Assembly: GCA_022616515.1 (NCBI GenBank)
Contig: JAKEEQ010000204.1
Coordinates: 1-46,365 of the forward strand
DNA from: Chloroflexota bacterium
GTDB lineage: Bacteria; Chloroflexota; Anaerolineae; Aggregatilineales; J027
DNA length: 46,365 bases
Direction of reading: 5' to 3'
The position numbers and the translations under genes are program-made. Shown here piece after piece: positions 38,601 through 46,365 of this stretch. The notes beneath the pieces are model-generated. The model had not been told where the DNA came from. It saw only the letters and a list, made by a program, of their open reading frames with translations, and searched no databases. Each line of letters begins with the position of its first letter. The first letter of the stretch is position 1.

Positions 38601-40458
38601 GCGGCAGTGCACCGGGTTGATAGTGAACATCCGAGATAATGGCGGCTACGAGACCGTCCTCGAATTTTGCCCCGACACGTTTTGCCGGACCCGTGATGGA
38701 CTGCTGCAACTGCTCTGCTGAGAGGGGCAAGACGGTTTCCGTGCGTTCTCGCATCAGTTCGCCAAAATCGGGATATTGAAGGGGCCGGTCATAAAAATCA
38801 GCACGCAGCGTGACCACAACACGCACTCTACTGCGCGGCGCAGTAACGGCACTGAGAATAAGTTTTAGAAACCGGGTGGTTTCTTCTTCATTTTCGGTAA
38901 GCGTGAAGACTTCTTCAAACTGATCTACCACCAACAAAAGCTGGCTGTCGTCATCAGGAAGAATTAATTGAGAGGCACGGACCAGACCCCGCTCGTCCCG
39001 CTCAAGCTGCTCACGTAAGTTACCCACATCCCCGGTGGCAATTTTGGTTAGCGCGACCTCAAGTTCATCAAGCGGGCGGTCACCGGGCAGCATATCAACA
39101 ATGAACCAATCTACTGACCCCGGTAATTCACCCTGACGCACGGCAGGAATGAGGCCCGCCTTCACCAGACTGGACTTACCGCTGCCGCTGGGGCCAACTA
39201 CCGCCAGAAATCGCGACAGGTCTCCCTCGTGCTTCATCCGGTCAAGGAGCTTATCGATTAATGTGTCACGACCAAAAAAATCTTTGCTGTCTGCCAGTTG
39301 AAAGGCCCGCAGACCCTTGTAGGGATTTTCAGCGATGGTAATCGACGACAAAGTCAGTGTTGTGCCAATGACGGTCGGGCTTTCGGTAATTGTATCGCCC
39401 GAATGAACCGCGTCCATTTCTTCGGCACGTGCGATGATCTGTGACCGGCTGCGCACACCGAGCTTTGTGTATATATTACGGATATGCCAGCTAATGGTGC
39501 TGTCCGATAATGACAGGTCCATGCTAATTTCCCGGTTCGATTTGCCGCTCAAAATATGGGAGAGAATCTCATGTTCGCGTATGCTCAGTTGAGCGGTCAT
39601 CGGACCAGTGATTTTCGAATCAAATCCTATCGCTTCACGGAACGCAGACATAAGTTCCACCACATCATCAAAGCGACTTTGCGGGTCTTTCTGGGTGGCT
39701 CTGGCAATAACGTCATTTACCTCGGCTGAAATGTCATCCGACAGGGTCTCAATGTAGGGAACTGGCTCATTGATATGCTTGAAGAGTCGCTGAATAGGTG
39801 TCAGGTCGGGGAATGGGTGATTTCCGGTCAATAATTCATAAAGAACAATCCCGAGACTGTAAATATCGGCACGGCGAGACACATCTTCGCCCCGCGCCTG
39901 TTCAGGGGAAAGATAGTCCGGTGAGCCAATAATTTTATCCGCCGCCGTCAGGCCCTCTTCAATTTTGGTCAGGTCTTTAGCGATGCCGAAGTCGGAGAGA
40001 TAGGCGTTGCCATCCTCGTCAAGGAGGATATTGGCGGGCTTCAGATCACGATGGATAACATTATTGCGGTGGGCCAGCCCAAGCGCGGAGGTTATTTGTT
40101 CCATGATGCGCACAGTGGCGTTCAGTGTAAGTTTACGTTCCAGGAGAGCATTTCGTAAACTGCCACCGCGCATATAGCGCATGACAAGAAAGGCCCCATC
40201 AGGCTCACGCCAATAATCATGGAGCGGAACGATGTTCATGTGCTCCAATCGGGCGACCAGATGGGCTTCTGCCTCGAAACGGCGAATGAAGTCCGGCTTG
40301 TTAGCATGTTTGGGTAAGATGATCTTGATGGCGACTTGGCGTCCTACTGCGGTTTGATGGGCCCGGTAGACTTCCCCAAATCCTCCCTGCCCTATACGTT
40401 CCTGTAACTCATATCCCTTAATATTTTTTCCGGTCAGATCGTCCATTTTATTTCTCAT
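35689..40458 (-). CDS. Ser/Thr kinase - LuxR-type HTH - nSTAND1 NTPase - TM/coiled coil - WD40 repeat protein
   Basis: Kinase IGQGGFGEVY, VAIK, HRDLKPAN, DFG, YLSPE; HTH LSIREHEIL...SNREIS...HIRNIYTKLGV; NPYKGLRAF, Walker A GPSGSGKSS, Walker B LVVDQFEE, LRADFY, GALPLLQ, EVAHEA; TM AVLAVVLVLAVIASIIAAL; many GH...FSPDG...LWD repeats. Alternative start at 40446. Confidence 0.92.
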   Translation of the reverse strand: MRNKMDDLTGKNIKGYELQERIGQGGFGEVYRAHQTAVGRQVAIKIILPKHANKPDFIRRFEAEAHLVARLEHMNIVPLHDYWREPDGAFLVMRYMRGGSLRNALLERKLTLNATVRIMEQITSALGLAHRNNVIHRDLKPANILLDEDGNAYLSDFGIAKDLTKIEEGLTAADKIIGSPDYLSPEQARGEDVSRRADIYSLGIVLYELLTGNHPFPDLTPIQRLFKHINEPVPYIETLSDDISAEVNDVIARATQKDPQSRFDDVVELMSAFREAIGFDSKITGPMTAQLSIREHEILSHILSGKSNREISMDLSLSDSTISWHIRNIYTKLGVRSRSQIIARAEEMDAVHSGDTITESPTVIGTTLTLSSITIAENPYKGLRAFQLADSKDFFGRDTLIDKLLDRMKHEGDLSRFLAVVGPSGSGKSSLVKAGLIPAVRQGELPGSVDWFIVDMLPGDRPLDELEVALTKIATGDVGNLREQLERDERGLVRASQLILPDDDSQLLLVVDQFEEVFTLTENEEETTRFLKLILSAVTAPRSRVRVVVTLRADFYDRPLQYPDFGELMRERTETVLPLSAEQLQQSITGPAKRVGAKFEDGLVAAIISDVHYQPGALPLLQYAMTELFERRNGGIMTLQAYEEIGRATGALAKRADEIFQTLDENSQKLARQIFLRLITLGEGTEDTRRRVNRRELEAITTEVDTLNDLIDTYVEYRLFTLDNDPATRQPTIEVAHEAIIREWEQLRDWLASSREDIRLHRRLAAEVNEWLSADRADGFLARGARLEQYETWANTTSLALTRDEQRFLDHSIERRVVEQQEEAARKAREAKIARRAQNFQRASAVLAVVLVLAVIASIIAALTARSANEEVRTANVVQTDAAVALDEANTEVARLTPISVTIDAAQAELEDLQQEIDVQQSAVDALVLAETASRFYQAQGNAELVALLSIRSLNLTYSPLADSMLVAVTENLRSLQIHPTEDIVSKALFSPDASQFATIHEDNIIRLWDTTGGSVVASLTGHQDKILDIAFSPDGRYLASGSRDGDILLWDLSTYEQVQQYVQDAPSDVVSLEFSPAGTLLATGHNNAAVFLWDVESGGLVNYFFGHNNRILDVRFSPDGRTLATSSTDQTIRLWDVNTGEETGILTGNTSGVSFIDFSPDGDRLVSGSVNGEVILWNAGRATLEKIELTISEQITAVDFSPDGTSLLIGHHDNLFIWDLEDSRELYSLSGHTDTITSGSFANDGDMVISSSEDLTIRLWDTGSGSQQIMFENPADDIRTVSFYLPLYYILMGTTDGNMHLVDVRTGAILQTYRGHTDVIQSTVFFGSGEYFASASQDQTIRIWDVDSREIVSTIEMPSRNLTSLRYSNQDREMLLVAAGGFGAILWDVEANQEIGVFQEDDEVVVSAAFDLEAGYLWTGDENGMVRQWNIQTKEVTRSFAADDRRIFGIGFTPDGQYMIISTSTLVKLWDIEDLTIAYSFRVAGGLAFSPDGMLVAASGTDQTVHIWELDHEEDARILVGHTGRIRGLAFTSDNQHLISVGDDGQIRWWLARYEDVIAEACLRLTRDLTEEERSTYGIENDRPTCRF

Positions 40459-40481
40459 TCATCAACGCCGACTAAGAAATT

Positions 40482-40497
40482 TTGAGAAGGTTCTCAA
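40482..40497. promoter_or_regulatory. Candidate 7-2-7 palindromic operator
   Basis: TTGAGAA-GG-TTCTCAA, just upstream of the STAND gene in the divergent intergenic region. Confidence 0.4.
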
Positions 40498-40674
40498 CAC
40501 AGGTATATGATTTATTTGGCGTGAAGAACCTATGATATTAAATTCTAGAGATAGTTTGCTTCCACTGTACATCCATCTTATACTAGACTTATCATCAAAA
40601 TTTTACAATCAACTGATATTGGATACCTTAACTATCTCAAACAGAAATTTTTGATTACATGAGGATTTATTCTA

Positions 40675-41382
40675 ATGTACAGAGTCATAAGAACAACCAG
40701 TTTGTCTGTACTCGTGTTGATAGCCGTTCTCGGTATCCCCGTGATGTTTTTGATGAATGCTTATGTTGATAGGTGTCCCAATACGGCGTTCGCCCAAGAC
40801 AACCCCTGTGAGGCTCAAGACAACATCATCAGCGCGATGGAAACGGACCTGGAACACGCAACGGTCGTGGCGGATGCTTATCGGGCGACTATTTCTGCCT
40901 TTGAAACAGCGGTCGCCAGTGATCTTGAACTGGCTAATCTGGGTGTGGGCCTTGATGAAAATAACCTGCCATTATGGGCTATTGTCCATGTCCGAACCAG
41001 AGGCGGCATAGAGATTTTTGAAACACCTGATGCCGAAGCGCGACTTTATGCGGCGGATGCCACCCTGTTTCCACATGTAGTTGGGCGCATCGAAGACAGC
41101 GAGTGGTTGTATATCTATTATTTTGTTGATGGACGTCTGCGCGACCATTGGGTCCCGGCGGATCAGACGACTTTGCTGGACGAACAAATTGAGGAACTGC
41201 CAATCGTTGATCCCGATGACTTGCCGGTTCGTCCTACTGTGGTGTTCAGTGAACAGGCGAACATGACGCTGCGTACTACCAGTCCAACCAGCACACGACA
41301 ACCAACCCTGCTGCCGCAAAGCACATCCGGCTCACCACCAACAATCTTGCCGCCGCCTGCAACACCTTCAACAGGCTCTTAA
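40675..41382 (+). CDS. Secreted or membrane-anchored protein with SH3-like domain and Pro/Ser/Thr-rich C-terminal tail
   Basis: N-terminal hydrophobic segment; VVGRIEDSEWLYI...HWVPA...ELPIV resembles bacterial SH3; tail TTSPTSTRQPT...PPPATPSTGS. Confidence 0.65.
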   Translation: MYRVIRTTSLSVLVLIAVLGIPVMFLMNAYVDRCPNTAFAQDNPCEAQDNIISAMETDLEHATVVADAYRATISAFETAVASDLELANLGVGLDENNLPLWAIVHVRTRGGIEIFETPDAEARLYAADATLFPHVVGRIEDSEWLYIYYFVDGRLRDHWVPADQTTLLDEQIEELPIVDPDDLPVRPTVVFSEQANMTLRTTSPTSTRQPTLLPQSTSGSPPTILPPPATPSTGS

Positions 41383-41406
41383 GCGGTGTTTTTTAGATAA
41401 TTGTAA

Positions 41407-41441
41407 AAACCCACCTGCTGGATTTCCTGACGGGTGGGTTT
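41407..41441 (+). terminator. Stem-loop between the SH3-like gene and the ligase-family gene
   Basis: AAACCCACCTG ... CGGGTGGGTTT. Confidence 0.55.
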
Positions 41442-41466
41442 CTGATTACATCTCGAAAGTTATTTC

Positions 41467-43761
41467 ATGCCCGTTCGTCATCGCCAGCACTGGGTCAATC
41501 TTAGCATCACCGGGGCAATTCTCGGCTCTATCATCTCAGTGCTTGCCTTTCAAACCAACCGTCTTGAAGCATATGAAAGTGAAAAGTTTTTTTTGCTGAG
41601 TGCCTTCGCCTGCGTGATCGTGGGGGCATTACTGCTCAAACTGCTTTATGAACCGCGTTCGCTGCGTGTTCTCATAAACCCTGTTTCGGTGGGAATCCTT
41701 CTCATCCTCACTTCTACAATACTTTCCACAATGACATCCATCAACCCTGTCCAGAGTATATTTGGCTCCTCGGCAAGATCGCACGGTGCTCTGGTCTGGA
41801 TCATTTACGCCGTGCTGTTTGCCGGGGCTACCGTCAGCGCCAGGACGTTAAGGCCCTTCGCCATACCCACGCTGGTTATGGTCAGTATTCCGCTGTGTTT
41901 ATGGGCAATTGCAAGACGGGACAGCGATACTGAATTCTTTCGTAATGGGTCAACGACAGGCAACGCCATCTTTCTATCATCGTGGATTATCATTGTTCTG
42001 CCCGTTTTTGCACATGAACTGATTAATCGTCACCGAACACGGGTACTGACCGTAGTGATTGGGCTTTCCGCAGCATTGATGGTGGGAACATTATTGAGTT
42101 TGCGAAGCAGGGGAGCCTTGTTTGCGCTCATGTTGACATTGATCTTCTGTGGGATGTTCTGGCTGGCGGCACAAAAGAAGATCGGGTTACTGTTGATGAT
42201 AGCCCTTCTGCTTGGCGGGGTATTTTTATTGTTCCTTGAAATTGGACTTTCCTATGAGCAAGCGAATACAGCAGGTTTAAATCGTCTTCTGGCAATAGAA
42301 GATCCATTTCGCGAACAAACGTGGTCTCAGGTTTCAACTGTCTTACACCGTCCAACCCTGATAGACATTTGTGAGACACCTGATCGATTTGCCTCATCAA
42401 GACCTGTGGTGGGTTATGGCCCGGAAACGGTGGAGACGATGGGGCTTGAGACCATAAACGGCTTTTTCGTAGACCGTTTTCACAATCTGTTCTACGATGT
42501 GCGATTTACACACGGCATTATCGGGATTTTAGTGTGGTCGGTGATGTATCTGGCGGCGGTAGCGTGGGCACTTCAACGAATGAAGATTTTACGAGCAAAA
42601 TTTGCCGGGATATGGATTGCCACGCTGATTTTATCGGTAGCGGCAGCGGTGTATGTTATGCAGCAAGTACTGCCTGAGACGCTTCAATACGCCTATCTCC
42701 CGCTCGGTATTATTTCCGGTCTATTGACCCACATTGTTGGCTGGGCCTATTTATTCGCCAGCCGATCAGAAACGGATAGTCACTTTGGACATCATCTGGC
42801 TTTTCTGGCATTCGTGATCGTGCATCTTGTGGAGTTACAGTTTGGTTTCGTTCAAATGGCAAGTGAGGCGCTGTGGTGGATTTTAGCTGGCATGTATGTT
42901 GGACTGAGTTCTGAGGGCAATCGGGAAGAACGATTTACATCGACGATTAAAGCCTATCACTGGCAGACTGCGACTGTGATTACGGGAATTGTGGCTATTC
43001 ACTCATGGCTAAACTTCCCGCCTGAATCGATGCTGTTTGTTGAAGATACCTGGAACGGTTTCGCGCTGTTAATGCTGTTGTTGATAATGGGTGTTGGGAC
43101 TATCGGAGCAATCATCAGCCTGCATCCTTCCTATGGGGCTGCGATCCAGCGGATTTTCACTATTACGGGCGTTTTTCTGGTCGTGGTCGCTATGAAGATT
43201 ATCGCTCAGTACTACGCGGCAGAACTGTTGCAGCAAGCCTTTTCCCGTCCAGAATTGCTTCGCTATTCGTTTATTTTGATGTCATTGTCGGGTGTCGTGG
43301 TTATTGTCGGTGTCTTTTCGAGTATTGGTTTGCTTGCGGAGACGCCGGATAGACTACCGCGAATCCCCGTAGTTCTGCTTCTGATAGTTTTCCTGACAGT
43401 TGGTACTGCTTTTTACGTATCAAACTACACGCGAGCGGCTTCACATAGACTTGCGACGGTTCTGGCAGCCGATGATGAATACTACCGTCAAGAAATAACC
43501 ACAGCGGCTTTTGAGGGGGCCAACTCGTTCACGCCTCCCTCGATGCGGCTGTTGATGGACTGGCTATATCTGGATATGCGCCGCTATTCGACTCCCGACT
43601 ATGACTTTGACAATGACCACCTCGTGAACAATTTGCAGCAACTGCATCGCTACAACCCTTTTCATAACGCCACCACCGAGTGGGGACGTTTCGCGGCAGC
43701 AGGCGACGACAATAAACTTTATTATCGTGAGTACATTTGTTATCCTGACCAGGAATTTTGA
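41467..43761 (+). CDS. O-antigen ligase (Wzy_C) family polytopic membrane protein
   Basis: Many TM helices; RNGSTTGNAIFL, SRGALFAL, RPVVGYGPET, DRFHNLFYD, HLVELQFGF motifs. Confidence 0.78.
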   Translation: MPVRHRQHWVNLSITGAILGSIISVLAFQTNRLEAYESEKFFLLSAFACVIVGALLLKLLYEPRSLRVLINPVSVGILLILTSTILSTMTSINPVQSIFGSSARSHGALVWIIYAVLFAGATVSARTLRPFAIPTLVMVSIPLCLWAIARRDSDTEFFRNGSTTGNAIFLSSWIIIVLPVFAHELINRHRTRVLTVVIGLSAALMVGTLLSLRSRGALFALMLTLIFCGMFWLAAQKKIGLLLMIALLLGGVFLLFLEIGLSYEQANTAGLNRLLAIEDPFREQTWSQVSTVLHRPTLIDICETPDRFASSRPVVGYGPETVETMGLETINGFFVDRFHNLFYDVRFTHGIIGILVWSVMYLAAVAWALQRMKILRAKFAGIWIATLILSVAAAVYVMQQVLPETLQYAYLPLGIISGLLTHIVGWAYLFASRSETDSHFGHHLAFLAFVIVHLVELQFGFVQMASEALWWILAGMYVGLSSEGNREERFTSTIKAYHWQTATVITGIVAIHSWLNFPPESMLFVEDTWNGFALLMLLLIMGVGTIGAIISLHPSYGAAIQRIFTITGVFLVVVAMKIIAQYYAAELLQQAFSRPELLRYSFILMSLSGVVVIVGVFSSIGLLAETPDRLPRIPVVLLLIVFLTVGTAFYVSNYTRAASHRLATVLAADDEYYRQEITTAAFEGANSFTPPSMRLLMDWLYLDMRRYSTPDYDFDNDHLVNNLQQLHRYNPFHNATTEWGRFAAAGDDNKLYYREYICYPDQEF

Positions 43762-43779
43762 TCACCGGAGTATCTCATT

Positions 43780-44211
43780 TTGACAGAGCGGCGCTCAAAC
43801 TACGTTCATTTCCAGTCCATTCAGACACGCTGGATGGACAATGATGTTTACCAGCATGTGAATAATGTGGTGTACTATTCATTCTTTGATACCGTTATCA
43901 ACCAGTATCTCATTCTGGAGGGTGGACTGGATTATGAACACGGCGCGATCATTGGCTTTGCCGTCGAGTCCCACTGCCAGTACCTACTCCCGATTAAATT
44001 CCCTGAAGTAATTGACGTGGGAGTCCGGGTTGGGCATCTAGGCAATTCCAGTGTGCGTTACGAAATTGGCATCTTCAAGCAGGGTCAAGACGAACCTGCC
44101 GCTCTTGGCTATTTTGTGCATGTGTTTGTCAATCGCGAGTCGGGCACGCCAACGCCGATTGGTGGACAACTGCGTGATGTGCTCACCCGGCTCATTCTGG
44201 CGCAGGATTGA
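43780..44211 (+). CDS. Acyl-CoA thioesterase (4HBT/YbgC family)
   Basis: [42 protein letters not shown]; TTG start behind GGAG. Confidence 0.9.
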   Translation: MTERRSNYVHFQSIQTRWMDNDVYQHVNNVVYYSFFDTVINQYLILEGGLDYEHGAIIGFAVESHCQYLLPIKFPEVIDVGVRVGHLGNSSVRYEIGIFKQGQDEPAALGYFVHVFVNRESGTPTPIGGQLRDVLTRLILAQD

Positions 44212-44214
44212 CTG

Positions 44215-45492
44215 CTACCAGATGGTCATTGTCTCGGCAAACAGTTGTTCAAAATCCTCCACCGTGACCGGGCGCGGCGATAGTTGGATGAGACGCTGCT
44301 GGGCAAAAGCCCCCTCCGCCATTTGTGGAATATCTTCTTCGGTGAAACCCAGCGCACGCAGACCGTTTGGCATGTTGGTCTGCTTCATCATCTTGATGAA
44401 AACCTCAGCAAGCAAATCGCCTGCATCTGACAGGTCAGCCCCGGAAGTATCGACGCCCATTAGCGACGCCGCCTGAAGATGGGCTTCGGGTGTAGCACTG
44501 GCAGTGAAACGAAATACCGCCGGAGCGTTGAGAATCACCGACATGCCATGCGGGATGAGCGGATGGTTCGCCTTATATCCTTCCGGGTAATAATCGCGGG
44601 CCATTCCCGCCACGGGATAGGCCATCGCGTGTGGCAAATGAACGCCTGCATTGCCGAAACCGATGCCTGCCAGCGATGCCGCCAGCATCATTTCTCCGCG
44701 TGCTGTATCATCACCGCTGTCCTGAATCACGCGCACAAGATTTGTTGATGCCATCTGTATGGCCCGTGCCGACCATACATCGCTGATGGGGTTAGCTCCC
44801 TGATAAGTGGGACGCGATTGGCCTTCGGGCGTGGCGGGTCGCTTGTCGTAGGGGATCGCTGTCAGCGATTCAACCGCGTGGCACAGGACATCCAGCCCGG
44901 TACAGGCAGCCACCATTGGCGGCAGAGTGCGCGTGTTGTCGGGATCGATGATACCCAGTGTGGGCCGCAAATAGTTGTGTGAGATTCCTGTTTTGAGATT
45001 TCTTTCAACAAGGTCAAAGATCGCCACGCCAGTCGCTTCACTGCCGGTTCCGGCTGTGGTAGGAATGGCGATGAGCGGCTTAACGGTTCCGGGTACAGGC
45101 ACACCTCTGCCAATCGGCTGGTTAACATAGTCCATAAAATCAGCGGGATAAGTACTGTACAGGTTAGCAACTTTGGCAGTATCAATAACCGAGCCGCCCC
45201 CGATGGCAACATAACCGTCAAAATTGCCCTGCGTGGCAAAGTCAATCGCTGCTTTGAATGACTTATCGGTGGGTTCAATCTCAACACCGTCAAACAGTAC
45301 CGCTTCGATATTCGCTTCTTGAAGTACTTTAAGAACGATTTGCACAGGTTGCATCGCTGACAAATTCGAATCAGTGACAACCATCACACGCCTGGTGCCA
45401 ATTTTCTTCATATCCAGGCCAACTTCACGGGTTGTACCGGGGCCAAATTTTATATTGGTGGTGGTCATCGTAAAAGCGGTTTCGTAAGGCAC
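44215..45492 (-). CDS. Hydroxyacid-oxoacid transhydrogenase (iron-containing ADH family)
   Basis: GGGSVIDTAK, DYVNQPIGRG, PTTAGTGSE, LDVLCHAVESLTA, RPTYQGANPISD, GVHLPHAMAYP, IPHG. Confidence 0.88.
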   Translation of the reverse strand: MPYETAFTMTTTNIKFGPGTTREVGLDMKKIGTRRVMVVTDSNLSAMQPVQIVLKVLQEANIEAVLFDGVEIEPTDKSFKAAIDFATQGNFDGYVAIGGGSVIDTAKVANLYSTYPADFMDYVNQPIGRGVPVPGTVKPLIAIPTTAGTGSEATGVAIFDLVERNLKTGISHNYLRPTLGIIDPDNTRTLPPMVAACTGLDVLCHAVESLTAIPYDKRPATPEGQSRPTYQGANPISDVWSARAIQMASTNLVRVIQDSGDDTARGEMMLAASLAGIGFGNAGVHLPHAMAYPVAGMARDYYPEGYKANHPLIPHGMSVILNAPAVFRFTASATPEAHLQAASLMGVDTSGADLSDAGDLLAEVFIKMMKQTNMPNGLRALGFTEEDIPQMAEGAFAQQRLIQLSPRPVTVEDFEQLFAETMTIW

Positions 45493-45597
45493 CGATTGCT
45501 CTCTTTCTCTAAGTTTATTACAAGGAATAAAAGAACTTGACAGTGGATTAAACCGTCATTCTATTCAATTCACAAACTTCAGGCAGTTTGGAAGGGG

Positions 45598-46362
45598 TCA
45601 ATTTTGGATTACTGGATACAGGCCAGTAAAGCCTAATTCTCTTGACAATTCACAACCGGCAGTCATCACTACGCTGGCAAATTCGCCAATAAGCTCCAGC
45701 GGCAGGCGGATAGAAGGACCGGAAATCCCGATGACGCCTATCACGATCCCGACATCGTTAAACACAGGTGCTGCGATACACCGCACCCCAACTTCATTCT
45801 CTTCATCGTCCAGTGCGTATCCGAGAGAACGGATCTCCGCGAGGTGATCCACCAATTGCTCTAGATCCGTGATGGTATTGTCGGTCAAACCGGGCAGTTC
45901 CATTGGCAGGGGATAATCGCCAAACGCAATCAGGCCCTTGCCCAGTGCTGTATTGTGTAAATGGAGCAATCGTCCGGTTTGCCCGACCACGCGCAGCAGG
46001 GATGTTTCCGGCTGCACATCATCACAAACCATTGCTTTGCCGGAGGAGTAAACGCCAATATGCGAACATTCGCCGGTTTGCTCGGCTAATCGGTTGATAA
46101 ATGGTCGTGCTGCCTCGCGAAAGGAATACTGATTGATCAGTTGCCAGCCAATCGAATAGAACTGTTTGCCGAGTTTATAGGAGCGGGAGTTTTTTTCCTG
46201 CTGTACATAGCCGTAGTTCTCCATCGTTTTCAGTAAACGGGAGACCGTGCTTTTATCCACCTCCAGAATATCCGCAAGTTGGGTAACACTACATGCCTCG
46301 CCAGAATGTGCCATGATGTCGAGGATGAGCAACCCTCGTGCCAGTGATTGAATTTCACGCAT
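45598..46362 (-). CDS. IclR-family transcriptional regulator
   Basis: IQSLARGLLIL, DKSTVSRLLKTM, LHNTALGK, GYALDDEENEVGVRCIAAPV, ISGP. Start is at the window edge. Confidence 0.92.
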   Translation of the reverse strand: MREIQSLARGLLILDIMAHSGEACSVTQLADILEVDKSTVSRLLKTMENYGYVQQEKNSRSYKLGKQFYSIGWQLINQYSFREAARPFINRLAEQTGECSHIGVYSSGKAMVCDDVQPETSLLRVVGQTGRLLHLHNTALGKGLIAFGDYPLPMELPGLTDNTITDLEQLVDHLAEIRSLGYALDDEENEVGVRCIAAPVFNDVGIVIGVIGISGPSIRLPLELIGEFASVVMTAGCELSRELGFTGLYPVIQN

Positions 46363-46365
46363 ACC

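Noticed and set aside
45537-45565. TTGACA-17 bp-TCTATT antisense promoter into iclR
   Set aside because: The -10 lacks the conserved second-position A, and there is no other support.
1-46365. Numerous 60-190 aa ORFs overlapping the main genes
   Set aside because: Shadow or alternate-frame ORFs of well-supported CDSs with no recognisable motifs.

Overview
Bacterial chromosomal window; the protein families and signal-peptide style suggest Chloroflexota, probably Anaerolineae (inference). From left to right: (1) a housekeeping block (MaoC hydratase, dnaN, recJ, yigZ, TPR histidine kinase, secreted clan GH-A-like protein); (2) a form I aerobic CO dehydrogenase cluster (coxD-coxE-coxM-coxS-coxL plus an XdhC/CoxF protein with two YHS domains), flanked by gene remnants, GTAG-type REP hairpins and an IS remnant; (3) a LacI-controlled sugar ABC locus with a GH130 phosphorylase and a large secreted protein of unknown catalytic family; (4) a second LacI-controlled locus (pgmB, GH65 phosphorylase, sugar ABC) whose MalF-like permease carries two tandem phage Baseplate-J-like domains in its extracytoplasmic loop, the most unusual feature here; (5) a Ser/Thr kinase-LuxR HTH-nSTAND1-TM-WD40 protein, divergent from a secreted SH3-like, Pro/Ser/Thr-tailed protein and an O-antigen-ligase-family membrane protein; (6) a thioesterase, a hydroxyacid-oxoacid transhydrogenase and an IclR regulator. 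I saw no rRNA, tRNA, CRISPR array or prophage. All family calls come from motif recognition by eye, not database searches.
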